Positions 47,829 through 58,456 of a stretch of 64,000 bases of DNA are shown piece after piece. The position numbers were made by a program, and so were the translations under genes. The stretch's first letter is position 1, and each line of letters starts with the position of its first letter. The stretch lies in NCBI GenBank assembly GCA_040755855.1, contig JBFMAD010000002.1, positions 192,001-256,000 of the forward strand, given 5' to 3'. Source of the stretch: Planctomycetota bacterium (lineage in GTDB: Bacteria; Planctomycetota; Brocadiia; JAADGH01). A model generated the notes under the pieces. It did not search any database, was not told where the DNA came from, and saw nothing but the letters and a program-made list of their open reading frames with translations.

Positions 47829-50800
47829 TCACGGCCGCCCACCGAAACAGACCAGGCCGCCGTCCATCAACGCCGCCAGGACGCGGTCGTTTCGGTCAAT
47901 AGTCAGACCGTTGAGCATCGGCTCGGACGGCAGGGGCTGCTGCCAGAGGATGCGGCCGTCCCCCTTGTCGTGGGCGCGGAGGACCCACGCGGCGGCCGCC
48001 TCGCCTTCAGCCGGTTCCTGGCAGACCATCACGACGGCGTTGCGGCACATGGCAAGCGACAGCACGTTGCCTTCCACCGGTCCCCACTTCCCCGTCTTGC
48101 GCATCTTCACGTCCAGTTCGTCCAATAGGCCCCGACGCTTCCAGAAATCGGGGACCTTCTTCTGCAAGTCTTGTTCTTCCTGTCGGCGCGACTGAAGCAC
48201 CTTCTCCACAGCGTTTGCCTCCCAGCACACCAGGCCGCCGTACCGCGCCGTCAGGAATGCGAAGGCGTCGTCGTCCCAGGCGGGCGGGACGCTGGAGCGC
48301 TGGAAGAACGGGAATGGGTGGATCTGCTGCCCGGGGTCGCCCACCGGCCAGAAAGCAAATCCGGCCGAGCTGACCACCGCGCTGTCGCCGGAATACATCG
48401 AGCGCCCGCCGTGCACGACGAACCGATCTCGGAAGACGGCGACCTCGCTGCCCCGATTCGCGGTCGGCCGCCCCATCGGGTCCCGCGACGGGATGTATCG
48501 GCCTGTCTTGAGGTCGTACGAGACGGGCGAGACCTGATTACCGCTGGCCATCCAGAGCCGCCCGCCCGCAATCGTCAGATCGCCCTGGACGGAGACGCCT
48601 TTGCGGAGCTTCGCATCCAGATGGCCTGTCTCGGTGTTCTGCCAGAGGAGGCGGCCTGTCTTCGCGTCGAGGGCATAGACGTAGGTCCCGTCGCGGTCAA
48701 TGGTCCCCGCGGCCGCATAGGCCACGCCGTCTTCCACCAGCACGCCGCTGTTCACCGGCCACGTGGAGCACAGGCGGCCATAGACCATGATCCGCCGTTC
48801 GGTCGGCGCGGCGCGAAAGCGCCAGATCAACCGGCCCGTCGCCGCCTCCAGCGCGTAGATGTATCCGTCGCCCGACCCGACGAAGGCCCTGCCCTCCCAC
48901 ACGCTCGGCGGCAGCCGGATAGGGCCGGCCGTGGCGTAGTCCCATCGGAGCGCGCCGCTCTCGGCGTCAATGCACCGTATCTTGCCGTCGTCGCCGCCGA
49001 TGAACACGAGGCCCGCGACCGCCGCAGGCGCGGTGAGTTTGACCAACCCCCTGGGCCGGAACTCCCAGCGCTTTGCGACCTGCGCCGGCGCGGCGGCTCG
49101 CGATCCCGCCGTGCGCTGGTTGTTGGCGCGATAGGTGGGCCAGTCGTCACTATTTTGGATTTTGGATTGCGGATTTTGGATTGACGTGTCGTAGGCGGGC
49201 CCGCGTTCGAGGCGACCGTCCTCCCTTACTGCCTGATCGGGTCGGAAGTCGCCCGCGGGGCAGAGCGTCACCGTGCCCATGAGCGACAGATTGCAGTCGC
49301 ACAGCCACGGCCCGACATAGAGCAGCCCGTTGGCGGGGATGGCCCCGTCCATGCAGCCGGGGCGGACTGAACCGTCCACGAGGTATTCCCCGGTGGCGCG
49401 GTCGTATCGGCCCAGCCCCTCGCCGCGGCAGTAGAAGGCCTCGGGCGAGGCCGTGAGGCGGGTGCAACCGACCTTCTGAAATCCGAGGTCGCGCAAAACG
49501 TTGCCGGTGGCGGGATCCACTTCCAGCGTGTTCCCCTTCGGTCCGATGCCCGCGATGATGAGCTTGCCGTCGGCAAAGACAAGGTTCGGGTTGCTGCGGG
49601 TCTTGGGCATCGTCCAGAGGATCTTGCCGTCGGCGGCGGCGAGGGCGACGACGTTCGCGTGGGTCTGCGCCTCGATGAAGATCGCCTGCGGCGTGCAGAG
49701 GAGCATGCAGCAGGTGCGGAAGCCCGGCGTGCTGCTGAGTTTCTTGCCCGGTTCTTCGATCAACCTCAGCGTTTCCGCGTCCCTGTTTTCCCATAGCAGC
49801 TTGCCCGATTTTGCATCGAGGCAGCCGATTCGCGATTCAGGCGAGAAGAAGAACAGCTTGCCGTCGAGGAGGCCGAGGGCGCGGGAGTCCATCGCTTTGG
49901 GTTCGCGGTGGACCCAGCGCGTCTCCTTCCGGTCAAGATCATAGGCGGCGAGGGTCGCGGCGAAGCCCCAGGGGATGCGCGGCTGCTCGTAGTAGCCCTT
50001 GCACAGCTCCCCCCAGCTCCAATGGTCGCGCGGGCTGTGCACGAGGGTTTGCGCGGCGGGCGGCTCTTTCTCCCCCTTCTCCCCCACCAGGGCGTAGAGC
50101 GTGCGGCCCTCGAGGGCCATCCACTTCCAGTCCCCTTCGACGCCGGGGATGCGGAGGCTTCCCTTCTCCTCGCCGGTCTCCGGGTCGAGGAGGAGACAGC
50201 GCTGCCCGTCCATCAGGTAGAAGAGATCGTCCGCGGCGATGAAGGCGGAGCGGTGGACGAGATAGCCTTCCGGCAGCTTCCGCGTCCAGAGGATGGAGCC
50301 GTTGTAGCCGTTCCGCGCGCAGAGGAGGTTCAGGGTGGGTATCTCGCGGTCGTGGTGGGCGATGTGGCCCGACGCGACGAAGATGCGCCCGCCGGCGGCG
50401 GTGGTGACGACGGGCATGGCCATGTAGTAGGGCTTGCCCATCCATTGGGTAAGGTACGGGGCGCGGATGACGCGGTCGTGGGAGAGAGGATTGTTGTCAG
50501 GACCGTGCATCCAGTGTGACCATCGGTCCACGCCCTCGGGGGCGGGCTTCACGATTTCCGTCCACAGGCCGAATTCGCCCCGCGAGACGACGGCGTCCCT
50601 CGCTCCGGCGGCGGCGAGCCAGCCCTTCATTTCGTCGGCGGAGAGGACCTCGCCCCGCCCCTGGCGGCCGAGGATCGCCCTGGCGCGCGGCCGGAGGACG
50701 CGCAGCATCTCCGCGAGCGGGGTGGTCTGGAGCGTGTCGTCGGAGAGATCGGGAACGATAAGCAGATCAATGCTGTTGTCCGCATAGGGCAGGCGCGGTC

Positions 50801-51083
50801 CGGGGAGCCGCTCCGCGATCAGCCGGTCGCCCAACATGCCTGCCTCGTCTCTCGCCTCGGCGGCGGCGTTGGGGTCGGCGTCGAAGGCATGGACGAGGAG
50901 GCCGCTCTTCTGGGCCAGTTGCACCAGCAGTTCGGGGTCCACGCAGCTCGTCACGGCGCAGAGGCCCTTCTGGACCTTTCCCTTCCCGACGAGGAATTCC
51001 GCGAGGTCGCCGTCGTGGGCAAATGCGCCGGCGAGGACGTGAAAGCTCAGGCACAGCGCGACGATTCGAGCAACCGTGGACAT
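47829..51083 (-). CDS. Methyltransferase-like plus PQQ-type beta-propeller protein (paralog of 18973-22899)
   Basis: LPYADN, RVLRP, WSHWMHGPDNN, DWPTYRAN; GGAGG RBS. Confidence 0.88.
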   Translation of the reverse strand: MSTVARIVALCLSFHVLAGAFAHDGDLAEFLVGKGKVQKGLCAVTSCVDPELLVQLAQKSGLLVHAFDADPNAAAEARDEAGMLGDRLIAERLPGPRLPYADNSIDLLIVPDLSDDTLQTTPLAEMLRVLRPRARAILGRQGRGEVLSADEMKGWLAAAGARDAVVSRGEFGLWTEIVKPAPEGVDRWSHWMHGPDNNPLSHDRVIRAPYLTQWMGKPYYMAMPVVTTAAGGRIFVASGHIAHHDREIPTLNLLCARNGYNGSILWTRKLPEGYLVHRSAFIAADDLFYLMDGQRCLLLDPETGEEKGSLRIPGVEGDWKWMALEGRTLYALVGEKGEKEPPAAQTLVHSPRDHWSWGELCKGYYEQPRIPWGFAATLAAYDLDRKETRWVHREPKAMDSRALGLLDGKLFFFSPESRIGCLDAKSGKLLWENRDAETLRLIEEPGKKLSSTPGFRTCCMLLCTPQAIFIEAQTHANVVALAAADGKILWTMPKTRSNPNLVFADGKLIIAGIGPKGNTLEVDPATGNVLRDLGFQKVGCTRLTASPEAFYCRGEGLGRYDRATGEYLVDGSVRPGCMDGAIPANGLLYVGPWLCDCNLSLMGTVTLCPAGDFRPDQAVREDGRLERGPAYDTSIQNPQSKIQNSDDWPTYRANNQRTAGSRAAAPAQVAKRWEFRPRGLVKLTAPAAVAGLVFIGGDDGKIRCIDAESGALRWDYATAGPIRLPPSVWEGRAFVGSGDGYIYALEAATGRLIWRFRAAPTERRIMVYGRLCSTWPVNSGVLVEDGVAYAAAGTIDRDGTYVYALDAKTGRLLWQNTETGHLDAKLRKGVSVQGDLTIAGGRLWMASGNQVSPVSYDLKTGRYIPSRDPMGRPTANRGSEVAVFRDRFVVHGGRSMYSGDSAVVSSAGFAFWPVGDPGQQIHPFPFFQRSSVPPAWDDDAFAFLTARYGGLVCWEANAVEKVLQSRRQEEQDLQKKVPDFWKRRGLLDELDVKMRKTGKWGPVEGNVLSLAMCRNAVVMVCQEPAEGEAAAAWVLRAHDKGDGRILWQQPLPSEPMLNGLTIDRNDRVLAALMDGGLVCFGGRP

Positions 51084-51109
51084 TGCGCACCTCCGTACGG
51101 AAGCCTGCA

Positions 51110-52471
51110 CTATGGCTCGCGAGGATCGTTCGCAACCAAAGAGTTGAGATACTCCTCGATGTTCGTGTATCCGTCCTTGTCGCGGTCGGCGTTGGCATCG
51201 GCGGCGTCGTGAGGGTTCAACCCTTGCGCCGTTTCCCAGCCGTCCGGCATGCCATCCTGGTCGCTGTCTTTGGGTGGGACGCCCTTGTCCAGCACGGGCC
51301 ACCCGCCGACGTCCGAGGGGTGGTCAATGATGCGGCCGGCACCGGTATTCACCTCACGGATGAGCCGCGTGTCCACGGCGTCTCGTTGCGGCCGCGTTGC
51401 GCCCGCGTCGGCGAGCACGCGGTGGTAGGTCTCCTCGTATGAATAAGTGGCAACGGGCGGCGCGTCAAACCGCTCCGGGGCCTTCAGCCCGGGGCGCAGT
51501 TCTTTGGGGTTCCACGAGACGGCCTTCCATTCGTCCTCGTCGCGGCTGGTCCGTGTCGGACCGATATTGCCGCGGGCGTAAATCTTCGCGTTCACGCCCA
51601 TGGTCAGACACGGTCGCGGACGGCTGCTCGGCCCGGCGATGTAATAGTTGCCCACAAAATTGATGCACCCGTTGTGGTTTGTCTTCTGGTAGCCAATGCC
51701 CGCGGCGTTGCCCCAGTTATAGACCACATTGTTTACAACGTCCACAATGTACGGGAACTCGCCTTCCGTCGGCAGATAGGGATTGCGGTCGTAGCAGTGC
51801 ATGATGAGGTTGTGGTGAAGCGTGATCCGCGTCGGCCCATAGGCGACCATCAGCCCCTTGCTGTGCGCTCCCTTGGAATGAGTGCTTCGGTTCAGGCCCT
51901 CCGAGACGATGCACCACTGTACGGTGATATCATGCGCATCGCCTTGCTGCTTGGGGAAGGCGGTGATGCTGAGGCACTCGTCCACGCCCCAGCTCACCGA
52001 GCAGTGGTCCACGATCATGTTATAGACGCTGTTGATCCCCAAGGCGTCGGGTTCTCGGTCCGGACCCTGGTCGCCGGTTCGGATGTGCAGATAGCGCAGC
52101 ACTACATCGTGAACACCCCCACTGAAAATCAACGACGCGTTGCTGATGCACACACCGCCGCCCGGCGCGGTCTGGCCGGCGATGGTCAGGTAGGAACGTT
52201 CCTCCCCCTCCACGTGCAGGGCCTTCTTCAATCGGATCGTGCCGCCCACGTCAAAGACCACGATGCGCGGGCCTTTGCTTGTAAGAGCGTACCGAAGGGT
52301 CCCAGGACTGTCATTGTCTTCTATGGTCGTGACGTGGATCACGCGCCCGCCGCGGCCCCCCGGCGTATCACCGCCAAACCCCTCCGCGCTGGGAAACGCC
52401 GGAAGCCGGGCATGGGCATGGGCAATGGACGAAACGATCACAAACAGGAGGAGCGGCGACAACTGCTTCAT
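51110..52471 (-). CDS. Pectate lyase (PL1-like) with C-terminal DxDxDG Ca-binding motifs
   Basis: AFPSAEGFG..TPGGRGG, IVDHCSVSWGVDE, RNP, DSDQDGMPDGWE. Confidence 0.9.
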   Translation of the reverse strand: MKQLSPLLLFVIVSSIAHAHARLPAFPSAEGFGGDTPGGRGGRVIHVTTIEDNDSPGTLRYALTSKGPRIVVFDVGGTIRLKKALHVEGEERSYLTIAGQTAPGGGVCISNASLIFSGGVHDVVLRYLHIRTGDQGPDREPDALGINSVYNMIVDHCSVSWGVDECLSITAFPKQQGDAHDITVQWCIVSEGLNRSTHSKGAHSKGLMVAYGPTRITLHHNLIMHCYDRNPYLPTEGEFPYIVDVVNNVVYNWGNAAGIGYQKTNHNGCINFVGNYYIAGPSSRPRPCLTMGVNAKIYARGNIGPTRTSRDEDEWKAVSWNPKELRPGLKAPERFDAPPVATYSYEETYHRVLADAGATRPQRDAVDTRLIREVNTGAGRIIDHPSDVGGWPVLDKGVPPKDSDQDGMPDGWETAQGLNPHDAADANADRDKDGYTNIEEYLNSLVANDPREP

Positions 52472-52639
52472 TTTTGAATCTGCTAATATAAAAAAATTTT
52501 ATTTCGCCCGCCCCAATTAAAGGATTTGGCGGTTTCCTTTAATTCGCCTGTCCGCGTGTCGCAGAATGCGGCACTGAACCATCTATTCAACCAAAACGGC
52601 TCTCAAATTGCAACGCATTTGCGGCAGCCCGCCTTTCCC

Positions 52640-52685
52640 GCCCACACGCCCATACCCCCATACGCCCACACCCCCACACTCCCTC
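52640..52685. repeat. Octamer tandem repeat (CCCACACG/CCCATACC type)
   Basis: About 5 units between genes. Confidence 0.7.
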
Positions 52686-52700
52686 TCTTCCGACCGGAAC

Positions 52701-54686
52701 TCACTTCCCGCCGTCGAACCATAGATCGAGCCGGGCCGAGACCTTGCGACCGCGCTCCACCGCCCCCCGCGGCACGGGGTAGTGGCAGAGGAGATACTCA
52801 TCCTGGCCCGACGGACGATGGTCCACCAAGTGCATCGGACTGGACGCGACGATCCGCACGCGGACTCCTCCGGGCCGCGAGATCGCCTCGCACTCGGACG
52901 CATCCTTCAAAAGCGTTCCCTTAGTGATCTCCGCGGGCAGGGCCGTCTCCATCTTTCCGCCGCGGACCAGTCCGCCGGCGAAGAGCTCCACGGGCAGGCC
53001 GACGAAATGCCGCCACATGCGGAGATCGAGGTCGGTGAGCGCCTCGGCGTCGAAGGTGAGGCAGACATGGTTGTCCGCGCCGAGTTCGATCCGCTCCGTG
53101 AAGGCGATCTTCTGCTGCTCCAGGGCGAGTGTGCCCCGGGCGGTCAGCGCGATGGAGGTCGCCGTGTTCTCGACGGAGGTGGTCACGCCCTCTCGATGGA
53201 ATCGCTTCCAGCCGGAGGCGGAGATGCCGGGCGAGCCGCCTCGGATCACCGGCAGGCCGTGAAGCGTCATGTTCCGCACGGCCTGATCGCCGTCGAGCCA
53301 CACGTCCAGGCCCCCGGGGGAGCGGATGACGCGGCCGTGCGCCGCCTCGACGACCTGGAGGTCCTTCGCCGCGAGGGGCAGCGTCGCCTTCGGCGGCGCA
53401 TCCGCCGGACTGAGCGGCGCGTCGCTGGGCAGGAAGATGCGGCCATCCATGGCGGGCACGATGAATTTCTCCACAACGAGATCCGTTGTGACATCCTTCA
53501 TCTTCCTGTTCAACGAGACCTCAACGTCGTATAGGCCGGGATTGCAGACCACCAGGCCGCCGTCGTATTCCCTCCGCCAAGTGCCGTCTTCGTGCTTTCG
53601 GCATGGCCCCTTGGGGTAGCCGAGCGGGGCGTCGTATTCCTTGTACCACCAGTATCGTCCGCGCCCGGCGTTGCCCGCGTCGAAGGCGTGGTAGCCGTCG
53701 CCCATGAGGGTGGTGGTAAGGCCGAGTCGCATCATGCGCTCGTCCTTCTGCCCCTCGGCCATGCGCCGCTCCTTCTCCTCCTTGTGCAGGGCGCGCCACA
53801 CATAGGGATCAATCCATCCCATGTTGGCCGTGGTGGCGAAGGACGTGATGATGGGCTTCCGGCCCTTCTCGAACCATGCGAGGTAGTTGGCCATCATCTT
53901 GTCGAAGGACAGTTCGCCGCGCGTGACGCGGACCACCTGGTCCTCGCCCAGGCAGCCGTTGAGGTATTCGTAGCCGTAGTCGGTGATGACCCAGTCGTTG
54001 ATCATGACGAGGGCGTCGCCGCCGCGCATCCGGGAGGTCTCGCGGATGATGCGCATGTTGTTCTCGAGCCAGAGCCGGTCGAGTTCGGCGGGGTCGTCAC
54101 GCTTGCCGTCGCGGTTCGTATCGAGGTCGCCGTCGTTTGTGCCCGAAATTTTTCGGGAGAAGCAGTCGTAGAAGATGCCGTCGAAGCAGTCATGGGAGAG
54201 CAGCTCGTCGCGGGCGAGCCAGAGGATGTAGTCCACCACCTTGGTGCTGGTGAGGTCCACCCGGCAGCAGCCGGGCCAGTTGGGGATGAGCCGGCCCTTC
54301 GTGTCCTTGAGCCAGAAGTGATCGGGGACGGGGTTGTCCTCGGTGGTGGCCTCGATGAGGACGATGTAGGGCAGGGCGAGGAAGTTCGGGTTGATCTGCC
54401 GGATCTTGGCGATGTTCTTTTCGCATCGGGGGATGTTGTCCTTGAGCCGCCTGCCCTCCTTGCCCCATGTCCTGTCCCAATTGTAATGGACGTCCATGCA
54501 CCCGCCGGCGATGAGGTCGTAGCGGGCGGCCTTGCGGATCTCCTCGTCGTTCATCTCCTTCCACCCGACGCCCGCGCCGTAGAAGTTGGCGATGCGGGGG
54601 AAGTCGGGGTTGATCTTCGCCGCCCGGCCCTGCGCCGCCGCCGTGGAAAGCCCGAGGCACAGGATAAACAGAACGTACCTTCTCAT
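52701..54686 (-). CDS. Putative glycoside hydrolase (GHL15-like)
   Basis: Signal peptide, FDGIFYD, WWYKEYDAPLGYP, WRREYDGGLVVCNP. Confidence 0.65.
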   Translation of the reverse strand: MRRYVLFILCLGLSTAAAQGRAAKINPDFPRIANFYGAGVGWKEMNDEEIRKAARYDLIAGGCMDVHYNWDRTWGKEGRRLKDNIPRCEKNIAKIRQINPNFLALPYIVLIEATTEDNPVPDHFWLKDTKGRLIPNWPGCCRVDLTSTKVVDYILWLARDELLSHDCFDGIFYDCFSRKISGTNDGDLDTNRDGKRDDPAELDRLWLENNMRIIRETSRMRGGDALVMINDWVITDYGYEYLNGCLGEDQVVRVTRGELSFDKMMANYLAWFEKGRKPIITSFATTANMGWIDPYVWRALHKEEKERRMAEGQKDERMMRLGLTTTLMGDGYHAFDAGNAGRGRYWWYKEYDAPLGYPKGPCRKHEDGTWRREYDGGLVVCNPGLYDVEVSLNRKMKDVTTDLVVEKFIVPAMDGRIFLPSDAPLSPADAPPKATLPLAAKDLQVVEAAHGRVIRSPGGLDVWLDGDQAVRNMTLHGLPVIRGGSPGISASGWKRFHREGVTTSVENTATSIALTARGTLALEQQKIAFTERIELGADNHVCLTFDAEALTDLDLRMWRHFVGLPVELFAGGLVRGGKMETALPAEITKGTLLKDASECEAISRPGGVRVRIVASSPMHLVDHRPSGQDEYLLCHYPVPRGAVERGRKVSARLDLWFDGGK

Positions 54687-54713
54687 AGGTCAACTCCCTC
54701 GTCTCGGTTTCGT

Positions 54714-57143
54714 TTATGGCTTATGCAACGGCCCTGTGGGGGGACCGATCGCGTCCGTGCGTCCGCGATAAGTGACTTCAACAGTGGTCTCGTCCACACG
54801 TCTTGCCTGGAGCGCATTCTCCTCGCCTGCCGGCGTGACCGCGAAGACGTTGATGAAGATGCGGCGGTCGCCCGGCTTGAGGTCGCCCTCGAATCGTTCC
54901 TGGAGGACATGGACCTCCGGCCCTGCGTATGGATAGCCCGCCCATGTCTCCGGCGGATCGATGCCCAGAGTCAATGACTCGGCGGCGGCGTCGCAGTGGA
55001 CGAGGACAAGGCTCAGCTCGCGCCGGTCCTTCACGTCCGCATCGGGCTTCGGCCTCTGCGTGACCTGGAAGCGGTGATCCTTCAGGCGCGGCTCGCCGAT
55101 GGTGCGCCATCGGCACGTCAGGACCACCGGTCCGGCCTCGCGCGCCACGAGCTCATCAAAGACGACGAAGTGTCTCTCCTTTGCCCAGATGATGTGGCGC
55201 GTCCAGTCCATGCCATTGATGTCGCGGGAGATGGTGGATGTTGCGCCGAAGTCCTCGCCGTCGCGGCGGAACAGGAGACCGCTGAACGTGGGTATCTTGT
55301 CCGCAGGCGACTCCTCTCCGTTGTTCACCCCGGGCCGGGCTACGGTGACGGCGTTGTGCTGGTCGGCGCGAGCGGCGTGGATGCCTTCACGATATTTCGG
55401 CTGGTAGCCGCGCTCGACGAGCCAGGTTCGGTTTTCGTCGTCGAACTGGAGGATCGAGTTGCCGTCGTCGTGGCCGTGGTAGCCGAAGGAGAGGCCGTCC
55501 AGCAGCAGGTATTGATCGTTCGGATCGAAGGAGCGGCGGAAGGAGATCTTGTCGAAGCGTTCCTTTTCATGGACGGGAATCCCGCCGCGCCAGTCCATGT
55601 AGAAATCGTAGAACAGCGGTTCCAACGGGTGGACGTGGACGCCGAGGTAGTCGTCCCTTCGCTTCTCTCCGAGCATCTTCCGGAATTCGTCGGTCATCGA
55701 GAGCGGCGTGGTTTTCACAATCGCGTCAAATACGTCTGTCTCGACCCCTCCGGGGACGACCCGCTTCTGGGGGTACTCGCTCACATCGCCGAACCCCGGC
55801 CCGTCTCCGATGTTGTTGCTTGACATGATGACCAGGTCCATGAACTTCCAGAGCGCTCCGTCCTTGGCGAAGAACTCGCTGCGCCCTTCGGCGATGGCGA
55901 AATCGGCGGCAAGGCTCATGGCCCCGTGTTGGTAGGTGGAGCAATCCTCCATGGGCTTGCTGGTGTGCATCATCGGCTCGAAGGCCCAGTGCGCGCAACG
56001 ATTCCAGACGGGGACCTCGGGGATGTTGTACCGCTCGAAATACCGCGCCGCAAAGAGAAGCGCCCGCGCCGGGTGGGTCATGTGGTTGTGCGACAGAAAG
56101 GGATGCCTCTTGTTGAATTCGGCGGCGGCATCCATCTTCTCGGGTACCATACTCTCCTTTGGGTAGCTGTACGCCCATCCTGCGAGGTTCAGTTTGGGCC
56201 ACTCCTCCGGATATCGCTCTCGGTAGTCGCGATAGTACCGATTGAGACAGTAGGCCGACCAGTCAATGAAGGAGGTACGGGCCATGAGGTAAAGCGTGTT
56301 GACGATTTCCAGTCGCCAAGCGTCGTCGAAGCCGCTGTCCGACTCGATTTCATCCCAGCGCTTGATCGGATAATGCATCTCGAACGAGGTGTTTCCCACG
56401 TTTTGCCGGGGCAGCTCAGGCGTTTCCAGGTATTCGATATACCGCCCGATCATCATCCGCAACGTATCCGGGTCCACTCCCCAGCCGGCTGTTCGCTTGA
56501 CGAGGAGGCGGAGGCTGTTCATGCCGCCCTCCTTGCCGTGCGCCTCGGCCCATAGCGCGGACTGGATGGCATGGTCCCGAAAGGCGTCCGTCGGGAGGGC
56601 AAAGGGCTTCGGCTCGGATTCGGGCCGGGAATCCGCCGGGCAAAGCTCCTTGATGTAGTAGGCCTCACTGGCCTCGTAAAGGCGCAGGCTGTCTATCACG
56701 CAGCCGGGACCCTCTCTCAGCGTGAGCGTGACATCCAACTTGTCCGCGCCGTCGCCTGGCAGCAACACCTTCTTGTTCGTGTAGGTCGTCGTGCATGGAA
56801 AGACGCGACCGACGATCTTTCCCCCGGCCGCCACTTCGATCCAGTTGAACGTGGCGTCCTCGATCGCCTTGCTGCGGCACATGAGGGCATACGTCGTTCC
56901 CGCCTTCGTTTGCACAGGAAGCGAGACTCGGAGCGTCGTATGCTTCTGGTCCAACACCACGCCGCCGTCGCGCCGCTCCAGTCCCGCCACCCCTGGGAGC
57001 GCCTCCGCCTCGAAGGCCGTCCCCGGCGCGAACTTGGTCCGCTCCTCGAGCGGAAACGCCTCCCCGCCACAGGCCGTGAGAGCGGCGGCGATAAGGATAG
57101 GAAGGATCAGGCCGAGAATCCTTGTGTGGCTATTGATACACAT
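54714..57143 (-). CDS. Heparinase II/III-like protein
   Basis: HNH, PGFGD, HGHDDGNSI, HNAVTV, WTRHIIW. Confidence 0.7.
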   Translation of the reverse strand: MCINSHTRILGLILPILIAAALTACGGEAFPLEERTKFAPGTAFEAEALPGVAGLERRDGGVVLDQKHTTLRVSLPVQTKAGTTYALMCRSKAIEDATFNWIEVAAGGKIVGRVFPCTTTYTNKKVLLPGDGADKLDVTLTLREGPGCVIDSLRLYEASEAYYIKELCPADSRPESEPKPFALPTDAFRDHAIQSALWAEAHGKEGGMNSLRLLVKRTAGWGVDPDTLRMMIGRYIEYLETPELPRQNVGNTSFEMHYPIKRWDEIESDSGFDDAWRLEIVNTLYLMARTSFIDWSAYCLNRYYRDYRERYPEEWPKLNLAGWAYSYPKESMVPEKMDAAAEFNKRHPFLSHNHMTHPARALLFAARYFERYNIPEVPVWNRCAHWAFEPMMHTSKPMEDCSTYQHGAMSLAADFAIAEGRSEFFAKDGALWKFMDLVIMSSNNIGDGPGFGDVSEYPQKRVVPGGVETDVFDAIVKTTPLSMTDEFRKMLGEKRRDDYLGVHVHPLEPLFYDFYMDWRGGIPVHEKERFDKISFRRSFDPNDQYLLLDGLSFGYHGHDDGNSILQFDDENRTWLVERGYQPKYREGIHAARADQHNAVTVARPGVNNGEESPADKIPTFSGLLFRRDGEDFGATSTISRDINGMDWTRHIIWAKERHFVVFDELVAREAGPVVLTCRWRTIGEPRLKDHRFQVTQRPKPDADVKDRRELSLVLVHCDAAAESLTLGIDPPETWAGYPYAGPEVHVLQERFEGDLKPGDRRIFINVFAVTPAGEENALQARRVDETTVEVTYRGRTDAIGPPTGPLHKP

Positions 57144-57220
57144 GCTTGGTTCTCCAAAGACATCCATCACCATTGAGAACGAGAACGATTGCGATGACGG
57201 TAACGGGGGCGAACAACCGA

Positions 57221-58456
57221 CTATATCTTCGCCCCGACCTCCTTGGCCAGGGCGGCCCAGTCGGCAAGGCGTTTCGGATTGCGATTGGTCGTCTCCAGCT
57301 CCTGCAGGACGATCTGCATCGGGCAGCCCTTGGCCTTCGTCAGCCCGTCTCTCAGGTGCTTCCGCACATCGGACAGGTCGGGCGAATAGACCACATCCGT
57401 CGCCTTCTGCCGCCACTCGATGCAGTAGCGGCCGCCCGTGGCCTGGGCGAGCTTGCCAATATCGGTCCATGCGGAACATACGAATTTGCGGAGGTTTGGG
57501 ATGCTCAGGACCATGCTGATCTTGTTCGTCAGGTCCTCGCAGCAGCCGTAGAACGTCAGGCCGAAGCGCTCGAGGATCGGCTTCTGGTATTGCAGCAGGA
57601 ATTTCTCATAGAGCGCGGGCGAGACGCCCTGGAACTCCTGGCTCTCGCCCCGGCCCCACTGGTCGCGCAGGCGGACATGCTCCCCGTCGAAATCCGGCTG
57701 GGGCAGGTCGTCGCAGGCCATCTTGTTTGTGTTGTTCAGCGTGAGGACCCCTGCCTTCTCGTATTGGCCCATCACGCTGAGGTGCCCCTCCATGAGCGTG
57801 CGCATGAGGTGGTGCACCCACGCGGGCCGGTCCATCAGATCAACCAGGAGCTGCTCGACGCCGCGGAGTTGCGTCGCCCAGCCGTGCAGCCAGGCGCCCG
57901 CCCCCGGCACGGCGCAGGTCAACTTCACGGGAAGGATGTCGCCGAGGAGGTCGTCCATCCGGCTCAGGTTTGCCTGCGTGGCCGCGTCGTCGTAGTGATA
58001 ATGCGGCGGGACGATCTTCTCGATGTCGGCCTCGTCCTTGATCGGCGGGTCGTAGGCCCAGGCGGTGCGCGTGATGTCGTCGTGCTTCGTATTGATGTGC
58101 TTAACGGGCAGGCCCCAGAGGTGCTGGCCATCGAGGCGCATCACGGGGGCGACCGGCATCCACGGGTCGAGGACGGTGTCGTCGCCGAGGTCCCACTTGT
58201 AGAGCTGCTTGCGGAGTTCGTACTCGATCCCGGCGAGCCATTTGTCCTGCGACGTGACGACGCTCTGGGGCAGCGCCTCCATCCACGCGCCCGACCCGAG
58301 GTTGCAGATCACCGCCGGTCGGTCGGTCTTGCGGAGGCTGTTCACATCGCACCAGAGCTCCAGGCGGTTCTTATTCTCCTGCGTGTCGGCCAGCTCCGCG
58401 ACCTTGCGGGCCAGCTCGCGCACCGTATCGCGCTCCTTGGGGTCGGTCGTTGTCAT
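57221..58456 (-). CDS. Uroporphyrinogen decarboxylase-like TIM barrel protein of unknown function
   Basis: LRG..LL.DL.D.P, SQEF..VSP, YGCCEDL. Confidence 0.65.
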   Translation of the reverse strand: MTTTDPKERDTVRELARKVAELADTQENKNRLELWCDVNSLRKTDRPAVICNLGSGAWMEALPQSVVTSQDKWLAGIEYELRKQLYKWDLGDDTVLDPWMPVAPVMRLDGQHLWGLPVKHINTKHDDITRTAWAYDPPIKDEADIEKIVPPHYHYDDAATQANLSRMDDLLGDILPVKLTCAVPGAGAWLHGWATQLRGVEQLLVDLMDRPAWVHHLMRTLMEGHLSVMGQYEKAGVLTLNNTNKMACDDLPQPDFDGEHVRLRDQWGRGESQEFQGVSPALYEKFLLQYQKPILERFGLTFYGCCEDLTNKISMVLSIPNLRKFVCSAWTDIGKLAQATGGRYCIEWRQKATDVVYSPDLSDVRKHLRDGLTKAKGCPMQIVLQELETTNRNPKRLADWAALAKEVGAKI

